A stretch of DNA of 16,040 bases, taken from positions 1 to 16,040 of the forward strand of contig CAZPWM010000075.1 of assembly GCA_964590575.1 (NCBI GenBank). The letters are read 5' to 3'. The DNA comes from an uncultured archaeon. GTDB lineage: Archaea > Asgardarchaeota > Thorarchaeia > Thorarchaeales > Thorarchaeaceae. The position numbers were made by a program, and so were the translations under genes. Under the pieces are notes generated by a model. That model was not told where the DNA came from, searched no databases, and saw only the letters and a program-made list of their open reading frames with translations. Positions 7,614 to 15,616 of this stretch are shown piece by piece (the stretch's first letter is position 1; every line of letters starts with the position of its first letter).

Positions 7614-8776
7614 TGGAAAGAAACCTCGACAAGCTACTATCAAAATTGGTTGAAGAAATAGAACACATTGAGGTCACAAGAGAGCGATTTGGCGAGGTTC
7701 TCAGAAATGTTAGAAACAAAATTGATTTGGGCAAGTTTCCCGCTGTGGCTTCAAACATAATCGATAGACAGTTCTACACAAAAATTGAACCTACAAGTCT
7801 ATCAGGTCTTCGAATTGCTGGTATAGATGGTGGTCTAGTCAGAAAGCGATTCAAATCTATGGATTTAGTCTTGACAAGAGGGGTCGCAGTCATATTCCAA
7901 TTTGGGCCAGAAGATAGTCCAGTCGTTGACTTTTATCCTGACGCGTTTCCTGAACCAAAGATTAGTCCACTAATGCTAACATTATCCAGCATAGAGCTTG
8001 ACCAGCTCGCATCACTTGAACGAATTGCAGCTGAACTTAGAGTGACTCTGTCAGTTCTTGAAGAATTCCACACTGACTTAATCCTTCTTGACGGATCACT
8101 ATTCTACCATCCTCGAGACCGTCCCCAAACTGGTTCTATAGTGTATGAGAAGTTCCAAGAAGTATTATCCCTTTACAAACAACTCTATCATAAAGCTCGG
8201 AAGAAGGGTACTACTTTGGTAGGCATAGTCAAAGACAGCAGGTCAACACGAATTGCTACAATACTGGGTGAAATACTTCCACATATTGTCCGTGAACCGG
8301 CAGTCTTTGAGATGATGCAAGGTGTTGATTATAGGTGGTTACTCAAAATTTCTCGAGATTGTGACCTCCTCGATACATTCCTTGAAGAAGGGGAACGGTC
8401 CTTTGCATTTCGATATTCATCAGAACTTGCTTTCAATACAAACTCAATAAGCGATGATATCTCTGTTTGGGCATCCTCAATTTGGGTAACATATCTAAAA
8501 ACAGCAAGAGATGACCTACCGATAAGAATAGAATTTCTTTCGACTGAGGATGGTGACACTACTACGACAAAATTAGACAAGGCACTATCTGCAATACTCC
8601 CACTCTCTTCACAACATCCTGAATATGGTATTCCCACACCGATTCTTGAGGCTGATGCTCGTGCAAAGATAACTGCGAATGAAACACGGTTAATTATCGA
8701 TAGGCTCATGGCACTATCAGGACTTACCTATATGACACTTGAAAAAAGACGTTCACGAAACCCGTTTGGAGGTTGA
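7613..8776 (+). CDS. nurA: DNA double-strand break repair nuclease NurA
   Basis: IAGIDGG, LILLDGSL, VGIVKDSRS, IRIEF, YGIPTPILEADARAKI; directly upstream of herA. The start is placed at GTG 7613, overlapping the pyrG stop (TAGTG). Confidence 0.9.
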   Translation: MERNLDKLLSKLVEEIEHIEVTRERFGEVLRNVRNKIDLGKFPAVASNIIDRQFYTKIEPTSLSGLRIAGIDGGLVRKRFKSMDLVLTRGVAVIFQFGPEDSPVVDFYPDAFPEPKISPLMLTLSSIELDQLASLERIAAELRVTLSVLEEFHTDLILLDGSLFYHPRDRPQTGSIVYEKFQEVLSLYKQLYHKARKKGTTLVGIVKDSRSTRIATILGEILPHIVREPAVFEMMQGVDYRWLLKISRDCDLLDTFLEEGERSFAFRYSSELAFNTNSISDDISVWASSIWVTYLKTARDDLPIRIEFLSTEDGDTTTTKLDKALSAILPLSSQHPEYGIPTPILEADARAKITANETRLIIDRLMALSGLTYMTLEKRRSRNPFGG

Positions 8777-8779
8777 TTA

Positions 8780-10294
8780 ATGACTGAATTTCCAACAATC
8801 ACACGACTTGGCACTGTTGTTTCCACTGACTCTGGTCCTAACGTTATGGAATTCTCGTTCGTGCTCGAGGGTGGTCCTCGAGAGATAATTGCACGACGTG
8901 GTGAATTCATATCAATCGTGACTGATGCTGGAACTGTGATTGCCAGAGTTCAGGATCTCGTACGTACAAACCGTTACTATCAACATGCAGAAGCAGTTCG
9001 TGAATATCAATCAAGAGGCGAACCTCTACGGTCTATATTTCCTACTGATAGATGGCAATACACTGTTGCCAAGGCTCGAGTGTTAGGTATATGGAGTAAT
9101 GGTCGAACAATTCGACCATATTTCGCGGTTTCTCCGGGAGCTGTTGTTAGAATAGTCGATGAAGATGTTCTCGCTCGCTTCCTGAAGTTAGATTTAGAAA
9201 AAGGTCTTCATCTTGGTCAATTAGCATACCAGAACCTTCAGTTTACTCCATCGCTTGACAGCTTATTGTCTAAGCATCTAGCTATACTAGCAATGAGTGG
9301 AGCAGGGAAATCATACTTTGTATCTGTTCTTTTGGAGGAGCTACTCTCCCGACCAAAAGATAGAGGTCGACTCTCTGTGGTTGTTATTGATGTACACGGC
9401 GAGTATACATATCTGAAAGATGTAACCACAGAAGCGCTTGGAATATCAAAAGGACAATTCGAAGTAGAACATATACGTGGATCGCACTTTCAGATTCCCG
9501 TTCAGATGCTCTCTGCAGAAGCGATAGGTGCTCTTGTTTCCGATATGAGCTCAATTCAAGTCCGCGATTTACGACGAGTAGTATCTGAGATGAAGAATAT
9601 ACTGAAAGAAGGATACACGTTATCGGATATCGTAGAATATGTACAAAATGACGAAAAAATTAGCAAGAATACACGCGAAGCACTTTCTGGTTGGTTGATT
9701 AACCTTGATGAAACAGGTCTTTTTGGCAAGGAAGCCGCTCCAAATCTTAAGACTATTGTAAGACCGGGAAAAATTGCACTGGTCGATCTTAGTGATTTCA
9801 TCAGTCTCAAGAAGAAACAGATTATAGTGTCGTACTTGGCTAACGAACTTCTTTATCTGCGGAGACGTGAAGTAATCCCGCCATTCTTACTGGTTCTCGA
9901 AGAAGCACATCAGTTTTGTCCAGAGAGCCGGCATGAGCTTGCTTTGCCAAAGAGTCGTATCGAAACAATTGCACGAGAAGGTAGAAAATTCCATGCTCTT
10001 CTTTGTTTGATATCCCAAAGACCTGTGAAACTCTCCACAACGGTTCTGAGTCAATGTAGCAACCAAGCGATATTTAGATGTACAAACCCGTATGATTTAG
10101 ATCATATTGGTAAATCAAGTGAAGGGATCGACCGGGCATCCTTGGATGCAATCACCACCCTCGAGATTGGAGAATCACTATTTGTTGGTGAAACAGTATC
10201 AGTTCCCACATTTGTGAAAATTCGCCAACGGAAATTTGAGCCAACTGGTTCAATCAAGAACTTGTCTGAGGCTGTAAAGAAGTCCGATAAATGA
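8780..10294 (+). CDS. herA: HerA/FtsK-family bipolar DNA helicase/ATPase with N-terminal HAS barrel
   Basis: N-terminal LGTVVS...RRGEFISI barrel. KHLAILAMSGAGKS (Walker A), VVVIDVHGEY, LLVLEEAHQF (Walker B), IAREGRKF, ISQRP. 3 bp after nurA. Confidence 0.93.
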   Translation: MTEFPTITRLGTVVSTDSGPNVMEFSFVLEGGPREIIARRGEFISIVTDAGTVIARVQDLVRTNRYYQHAEAVREYQSRGEPLRSIFPTDRWQYTVAKARVLGIWSNGRTIRPYFAVSPGAVVRIVDEDVLARFLKLDLEKGLHLGQLAYQNLQFTPSLDSLLSKHLAILAMSGAGKSYFVSVLLEELLSRPKDRGRLSVVVIDVHGEYTYLKDVTTEALGISKGQFEVEHIRGSHFQIPVQMLSAEAIGALVSDMSSIQVRDLRRVVSEMKNILKEGYTLSDIVEYVQNDEKISKNTREALSGWLINLDETGLFGKEAAPNLKTIVRPGKIALVDLSDFISLKKKQIIVSYLANELLYLRRREVIPPFLLVLEEAHQFCPESRHELALPKSRIETIAREGRKFHALLCLISQRPVKLSTTVLSQCSNQAIFRCTNPYDLDHIGKSSEGIDRASLDAITTLEIGESLFVGETVSVPTFVKIRQRKFEPTGSIKNLSEAVKKSDK

Positions 10295-10377
10295 TGTCCC
10301 TCCCAGTAATCCTGATAAGACGAAAGAATGGTGTTCCACTCGGGAAAGATAAAAAATGAATCGGGGGTTCTAATCAA

Positions 10378-10944
10378 TTGTCCGATGAAGAACTAAACGA
10401 GATAAAACAACTAATTGATTCAATGCAGTCAAACCTCGTAGAGCTTTTTGATCAACTCCGTGAATTACGTAGTCGTCTGAACATTGTTTCAAATATGACA
10501 TCAGAAACAACTCCATCTATTCTTCCACTGTTCTCTGAAGTCAAGGCACCAAACTCAGATGCACCTGGCACGACATCAAAATCCCTTGTTGAAGATGAAG
10601 AACTTAGCACCACCATTATAGAAAACGAGACGCCTAGTGATATGATGATACCCGAAGATCAGGAGGGCGGAAACAGTGCAAAAGTGAATCGGGTTCTTGA
10701 TCCAATCGCCCATGAACTGCGTACTGGAGAGGCTCCTGCAGAGATAATTTATGAATATTTACAAGCTGCAAGAGAATACCTAATTGATGATGATGACGGT
10801 GAGTCTAAAAAAGGGAAAGTTGCCAGAGATATGGATATTGTCCTTAATTTTTTGAAGGCTCGGGGTAAAAGAACAATTCGTCCAGATGAACGTGATAATA
10901 TCCTGAAAAGAATACGTCGTTGGAAAGCTCATTTAACAGTATAA
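10378..10944 (+). CDS. Hypothetical protein (N-terminal coiled coil, acidic S/T/E/P-rich linker, helical C-terminal domain)
   Basis: 188-aa ORF filling the gap, with a TTG start after GGGGGT and a protein-like composition. No family recognised. Confidence 0.75.
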   Translation: MSDEELNEIKQLIDSMQSNLVELFDQLRELRSRLNIVSNMTSETTPSILPLFSEVKAPNSDAPGTTSKSLVEDEELSTTIIENETPSDMMIPEDQEGGNSAKVNRVLDPIAHELRTGEAPAEIIYEYLQAAREYLIDDDDGESKKGKVARDMDIVLNFLKARGKRTIRPDERDNILKRIRRWKAHLTV

Positions 10945-10995
10945 TCTTGCTCTCCAACTGACTAACTTCTAAATAGTCATTATTGACCAAAAGAA

Positions 10996-11277
10996 TTATT
11001 CTAAGTCAATGATGATACGCTTTATCTTGGTCCATGAAATCTTCTTGAGACCGTGCTGGCCAGGTTCGTACCTACAATCCAGTAAATCTGCTTCTTTCAG
11101 AATCTTAATCTGGGCGCTAGCATTAGCCTCAGTTCCACCGAGGTGTCTAGCTACTCGTGTCACGTCTTTCTCTCCTTGAAGCAAAATCTTCAGTATTTTT
11201 AGTCGAGTTCCTGATGATAGAGCGCGTCCAATTCGTAGTATTGCGTCGTCGTTATTGATTTCAAGTGTTTCGGACAG
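10996..11277 (-). CDS. ArsR-type winged-helix transcriptional regulator (~93 aa)
   Basis: GRALSSGTRLKILKILL, DVTRVARHLGGTEANASAQIKILKEADLL, wing YEPGQHGLKKI. The supplied 153-aa ORF overlaps the divergent gene and crosses the promoter; the likely start is CTG 11277 after GAGGTG. Confidence 0.85.
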   Translation of the reverse strand: MSETLEINNDDAILRIGRALSSGTRLKILKILLQGEKDVTRVARHLGGTEANASAQIKILKEADLLDCRYEPGQHGLKKISWTKIKRIIIDLE

Positions 11278-11321
11278 TTTGTTACACCTCGAATGAGTGT
11301 TGCGTGGTTGCTCAAGCAGGG

Positions 11322-11331
11322 CTTTATTATA
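11322..11331. promoter_or_regulatory. TATA-like element between the divergent ArsR and DUF460 genes
   Basis: Reads TATAATAAAG on the minus strand, ~45 bp before the proposed ArsR start, and CTTTATTATA on the plus strand. Confidence 0.45.
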
Positions 11332-11431
11332 GTTGTTGTTTGAGGATGGTCTAGACAGCAATAGTGCAAGATTGAACCAACAAATAGGTTCATAGGTTTT
11401 CTCTGATTCACTTGGATGAGCGCTGAGCCTT

Positions 11432-13453
11432 ATGGATAATGATGGCGTATTCATCATAGGTTTTGATATACTTCCTTCTCATAGTGCAAGTTCTAAGAGT
11501 GCCCCTAAATTTGCTTGCGTCATTACTAGAAACGAGATAGTTCTGAATGAATACCCTGAAATATCTAGAGGCGCACTACTGAAACTTGTTCGTGAGGTTT
11601 CTCCCAAGTGGCTCTGTACCGACAATATCTTTGAAATAGTCCCAGATACAAAATCACTCTTTCATCTCGTGGATAGAATTCCACCAGAAACCAGAATTGT
11701 TCAAGTCACTGGAGTGCCACCTCACCAAACACCTCTCAAGATACTGGCAAAACGTCACGGTTTAATTGCTCGAGGCAAACCTAACCCTCTTGAATCAGCC
11801 CATATAGCTGCAAAGTTGGTTTCTAGAGGTATTGGTTATTCACTAGAGTGCTTTGGAGAGCAGACGGAAATCAAGGTGACTCGAGGTCGCAAACCTGGAC
11901 GCGGTGGACAGAGTGCAAATAGATATCGTCGCAGAGTTCACTCACAAATCCAACAGATGACCCGTTTCATAGAATCCACGTTAAAAGCTGCAGAAATCGA
12001 GTATGATCTTGACATTCGTGCATCTGATTTTGGCTATGCTAGCGCAAGGCTTGTTACATATGCACCTTTACCAGCCGTTCGTAGTCTTGTTGAAACAAAA
12101 CGTGGGGGCGACTTCAACATAATTATCTCCCCAGTTCGAAAAAGAGTTGAGTTTCTTTCTCTCGAACCTCGTCCTGTAGTATCGGATTTGAAACCGAAGT
12201 ATTTCATTTTGGGTATCGATCCTGGGACCACGGCCGCATATTGTCTTCTATCATTGAATGGAAAAATCCGTGAACTGAGAAGTAAAAAGGGACTTACAAG
12301 AGCAGATATCATTAGAGAAGTATATGAAAAGGGAATTCCCGTAATCGTGGCTTCAGATGTGCCTCAGGTTCCTCACTTTGTCGAGAAAATTGCAAGTACA
12401 GTGAATGCTCCTATTTTCACTCCCAATAAACCAATTGCGGTTTCAAGTAAACAAGAACTAGCTCGTGACTATAGTAGCGAGATGAAAATTCGTAACGCTC
12501 ATGAACGAGATGCATTGACAGCTGCGGTCTATACGTACAAGAGTCTCCTTCCGAAATTTCAACAGATTGACAGAATGATCCTTGATGAGCAGATATCAGT
12601 TGACCGTAATTACCTAAAGGCTTTGGTGATTAAGGGGTCTTCAATCAACGAAGCTTTAGCCAAGATAGAGAGTGAGGAATCAGAACCAATAGAGAGTATT
12701 CCAGAACAACCAGCGACTGAAGAAGAATCTTTGACTCAAGAACGATATGACTCACTAAAAGCGAAAACCGCGCAATTGGAATCGGAAAACAGACTGCTAG
12801 GTGAAAAGATTGAGGACTTGCAGCGATTTGTAGAATATCTGAAATTTAGAGAGAGTGAGCTTTCAGACAGTCTCGAGATTGTCAGTCGTGAGAACCACTG
12901 GAAAATCAAACGAGATCGTGAAGTGGAAAAAACCAAATTCACGTTGAAAAAAACGCAACGTGAAGCAGATTCACTTAAAGAACAAGTAGACACTCTAAGT
13001 AGACGGCTTGAACGCTTAACGGGAGTAAAACGTCTAGAAATGCGTGGAGACATGCTTGCAGTCAAAGTAATTCCCCACTTCACACGTGAGAGTATCGAGG
13101 ATTTCATCAAGAAAGTAGGCCTAAAAAGTGGTGATGTTGTTCTCTTTGAGGATGCATCAGGAGGAGGTCCACAGACTGCTGGAATATTGATAGATCGAGA
13201 GATACGGGCCGTCGTTGTAGATACGCCGCTTTCCCATCTCCCGCAAGATGAACTGATTAAGGCACTCATACCAGTCGTAGATGCTAAACAAGTTGAACTT
13301 CAAAGAGTTGACGAATTTGCATTCATAAGTCGAGGGAAGTTCGACCAACAACTCCAATCATTCATTCGGACTGTACGTGAACAAGCTAGACAAAAGGGAG
13401 AAGAACAACTTGTAGAGTTAGTGGAACGATACCGTCGCGAGATTGAGCGATAG
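11432..13453 (+). CDS. DUF460/COG2433 family protein (predicted RNase H-fold nuclease domain plus long coiled coil)
   Basis: N-terminal IIGFDI...LCTDNIFEI...IVQVTG; central ILGIDPGTTAAYCLLSLNG, PVIVASDV, NAHERDALTAA; heptad-rich coiled coil at aa ~435-535; C-terminal GDVVLFEDASGGG. Confidence 0.88.
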   Translation: MDNDGVFIIGFDILPSHSASSKSAPKFACVITRNEIVLNEYPEISRGALLKLVREVSPKWLCTDNIFEIVPDTKSLFHLVDRIPPETRIVQVTGVPPHQTPLKILAKRHGLIARGKPNPLESAHIAAKLVSRGIGYSLECFGEQTEIKVTRGRKPGRGGQSANRYRRRVHSQIQQMTRFIESTLKAAEIEYDLDIRASDFGYASARLVTYAPLPAVRSLVETKRGGDFNIIISPVRKRVEFLSLEPRPVVSDLKPKYFILGIDPGTTAAYCLLSLNGKIRELRSKKGLTRADIIREVYEKGIPVIVASDVPQVPHFVEKIASTVNAPIFTPNKPIAVSSKQELARDYSSEMKIRNAHERDALTAAVYTYKSLLPKFQQIDRMILDEQISVDRNYLKALVIKGSSINEALAKIESEESEPIESIPEQPATEEESLTQERYDSLKAKTAQLESENRLLGEKIEDLQRFVEYLKFRESELSDSLEIVSRENHWKIKRDREVEKTKFTLKKTQREADSLKEQVDTLSRRLERLTGVKRLEMRGDMLAVKVIPHFTRESIEDFIKKVGLKSGDVVLFEDASGGGPQTAGILIDREIRAVVVDTPLSHLPQDELIKALIPVVDAKQVELQRVDEFAFISRGKFDQQLQSFIRTVREQARQKGEEQLVELVERYRREIER

Positions 13454-13498
13454 ATTTCCCTTAGATGATGACTCGACTCCAAGATTGCTGGAATCTGA

Positions 13499-13726
13499 CT
13501 ATTCAGGAATCTGAATCCACAGAATATTGTTACCTCTTATCAGAATTTGGCCATACTTGGCTCTGATTTCTTCATTTTCAAGTTCTTCAGCGTCTGCAAG
13601 TGTGAGGTTCATATATATGTCACATCTAGTTAAGCGCCCTCGAAAGATTCTCTGGTCTTTCAATTTTATCGAAACAATATCATTGAGTTGGTCTTCTAGG
13701 GCTTTTATTGGCATTTTCTCAGGCAC
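13499..13726 (-). CDS. Sm-like archaeal protein (SmAP/Lsm)
   Basis: Sm1 motif VSIKLKDQRIFRGRLTRCDIYMNLTLADAEE and Sm2 motif YGQILIRGNNILWI. The start is either GTG 13726 (6 nt after GAGGTG) or GTG 13735 (leaderless). Confidence 0.93.
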   Translation of the reverse strand: MPEKMPIKALEDQLNDIVSIKLKDQRIFRGRLTRCDIYMNLTLADAEELENEEIRAKYGQILIRGNNILWIQIPE

Positions 13727-13760
13727 TCGGGGCACCTCTCAAAAGAGGCCTTCTAAGTAT

Positions 13761-13768
13761 ATTATAAA
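13761..13768 (-). promoter_or_regulatory. TATA box (TTTATAAT) for the Sm-like gene
   Basis: Strong archaeal TATA match ~26-35 bp upstream of the candidate start codons. Confidence 0.55.
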
Positions 13769-13873
13769 GCCTTTGCTAGATAACGTTGTATCTCTATATG
13801 GTCCAAACGTAAGAGTCAACTGGTGATGAAACACACGATTTATCCAGAACATAACATTTCAGGTAAGTGAAAG

Positions 13874-14860
13874 ATGACACTATACTGTCTTGGAATTGAA
13901 GGAACCGCTCACTCATTTGGTGCTGGAGTTGTGACCAGTGAAGGTAAGGTTCTTTCAAATGAATGGGATATGCTTAAACCGGCTCAAGGTGGGATTCATC
14001 CACGTGAAGCTAGTCGTCATCATTCAGAGCTTGGTCCAGGAATAATCAAAGAAGCTGTTAAGAAGGCAGGTCTTGATTTTCATGAAATTAATCTCATTGC
14101 TTTCTCTCAGGGTCCTGGATTGGGTCCATGCCTAAGAACCACTGCAACAATTGCCAGAACTCTTTCTCTCAAACTAGAAACTCCTCTTGTTGGTGTCAAT
14201 CATTGTGTTGCTCATATCGAGATTGGTTGTCTAGAATCCAATTTCAATGATCCCGTGACCGTGTACGTATCTGGTGGGAACACACAAATCATTGCTTTTG
14301 CGGGTGGTCGATTCAGGACTTTTGGTGAAACCCTAGACATTGCGATTGGAAACATGTTAGATGTACTTGGTCGCGAGCTGGGGATGGGCTTTCCTAGTGG
14401 ACCAATTGTTGAAGAAGAAGCAAAGAACGGTAGACAGTATCATAGTTTACCTTACTCGGTAAAGGGAATGGACCTGAGCTACTCTGGTATGCTTACAGCT
14501 GCAAAAAAACTTCATTCAGAAGGTGTTCCCATTCCTGACATTTGTTTTAGTGTACAAGAAACCTCATTTGGAATGCTAGCAGAAATTGCAGAACGAGCAA
14601 TAGCACATACTAAGAAGAATGAGCTACTTCTGACAGGTGGTGTCGCTCGAAATAATCGCCTCACCGAAATATTATCAGGTGTTGCAGAAAGACACGACGC
14701 ACGGTTTCATCGAGTTTCTCCGTCCTTGGCTGGAGATCAAGGTGCGATGATAGCTTGGAATGGTATTCTCCAATATAATACAGGTCATGAAACTAAAGTC
14801 GAGAACTCTCATGTACTACCGAAATGGCGTACTGACGACCAAGATATATTGTGGAGGTAG
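13874..14860 (+). CDS. kae1: tRNA N6-adenosine threonylcarbamoyltransferase Kae1 (KEOPS)
   Basis: LGIEGTAHSFG, GGIHPREASRHH, AFSQGPGLGPCL, VNHCVAHIEIG (metal-binding His pair), YVSGGNTQ, GETLDIAIGN, LPYSVKGMDLS, TGGVARN, GDQGAMIA. Confidence 0.97.
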   Translation: MTLYCLGIEGTAHSFGAGVVTSEGKVLSNEWDMLKPAQGGIHPREASRHHSELGPGIIKEAVKKAGLDFHEINLIAFSQGPGLGPCLRTTATIARTLSLKLETPLVGVNHCVAHIEIGCLESNFNDPVTVYVSGGNTQIIAFAGGRFRTFGETLDIAIGNMLDVLGRELGMGFPSGPIVEEEAKNGRQYHSLPYSVKGMDLSYSGMLTAAKKLHSEGVPIPDICFSVQETSFGMLAEIAERAIAHTKKNELLLTGGVARNNRLTEILSGVAERHDARFHRVSPSLAGDQGAMIAWNGILQYNTGHETKVENSHVLPKWRTDDQDILWR

Positions 14861-14865
14861 CTAGT

Positions 14866-15492
14866 GTGAAACAAGTATTAGCCAAGGGAGCTGAATCCAT
14901 TATTTACAAGGTAGAACAATGGGGATTACCCCTTGTTTTAAAATGGCGTCAAGGCAAATCTTACCTCTTGAAAGACATAGACTCGCAACTCAGAAAATCA
15001 CGCACTAGTCGAGAATGCAAAATGTTGACAGTATCAAGAACGCTTGGAGTGCCTACTCCCGCAGTATACTCTGTGGATCTCAACAAACACATAATCACAA
15101 TGGATTTCATATCAGGAACTCAGTTCAAACAATTAGCAGGACAAATACCACGTTCTAATCTTATTTCTCTAAGCTATGGATTTGGAAAGCTCATTGCTAC
15201 TCTTCATGAAGGTGATGTAGTTCATGGAGACCCAACCACCAGCAACGTCATTATAGACGATAAATCACGCATGTGGATTATAGACTTTGGCTTGTCTGAG
15301 ATGAATGCAACCACTGAGATGAAAGGAGTAGACCTTCATCTGATTCATAGAGCATTGGAAACCACCCACTGGGACCTTCAAGAAACTATGTTAGATGCCA
15401 CACTTGAAGGGTATGTTGAAGTCTTGGGAAACACTGCTGAACTCACACTATCAAGAATGAAGGAGATCCGTGAACGCGGAAGATATCACTAG
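14866..15492 (+). CDS. bud32: KEOPS kinase/ATPase Bud32
   Basis: KGAES, LKWR, RTSRE, GVPTP, VVHGDPTTSN, IIDFGLS, KGVDL, C-terminal IRERGRY. The start is likely GTG 14866 after GGAGGT. Confidence 0.95.
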   Translation: MKQVLAKGAESIIYKVEQWGLPLVLKWRQGKSYLLKDIDSQLRKSRTSRECKMLTVSRTLGVPTPAVYSVDLNKHIITMDFISGTQFKQLAGQIPRSNLISLSYGFGKLIATLHEGDVVHGDPTTSNVIIDDKSRMWIIDFGLSEMNATTEMKGVDLHLIHRALETTHWDLQETMLDATLEGYVEVLGNTAELTLSRMKEIRERGRYH

Positions 15493-15543
15493 CTTCCAGT
15501 CAAATCAATTTGATAGATGAAATCGCCTCGCCACAAGGTAATC

Positions 15544-15549
15544 TTTATA
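15544..15549 (+). promoter_or_regulatory. TATA-like box (TTTATA) upstream of rps15
   Basis: TATA consensus ~70 bp before ATG 15617; SD GAGGT at 15605-15609. Confidence 0.5.
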
Positions 15550-15616
15550 TCCACAGCCTTAGGCCGTGGGGCAGACCCGGTTTCTGAGGGTATCAATGGA
15601 CTTAGAGGTAATTCCA

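Noticed and set aside
9275-9315. HerA Walker A begins with Ala (AMSGAGKS) rather than Gly
   Set aside because: AxxGxGKS is a common variant in archaeal HerA and is not evidence of inactivation.
10311-10326. CTGATAAGACGAAAG resembles a hammerhead ribozyme core
   Set aside because: It does not match CUGANGA (the conserved G is an A), there is no room for stem II, and no flanking stems I/III are evident.
12736-13269. 177-aa minus-strand ORF, and similar antisense ORFs at 331-699, 4142-4525, 6590-6892 and 8329-8709
   Set aside because: Ser/Arg-rich antisense-frame translations lying within well-supported genes, with no motifs or promoters.
13731-13750. Hairpin GGCCUCU-UUUG-AGAGGUGCC that would occlude the Sm gene SD and present a U-rich loop (possible autoregulation)
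   Set aside because: The TATA box at 13768-13761 predicts a transcription start around 13735-13742, so the 5' arm is probably not transcribed.
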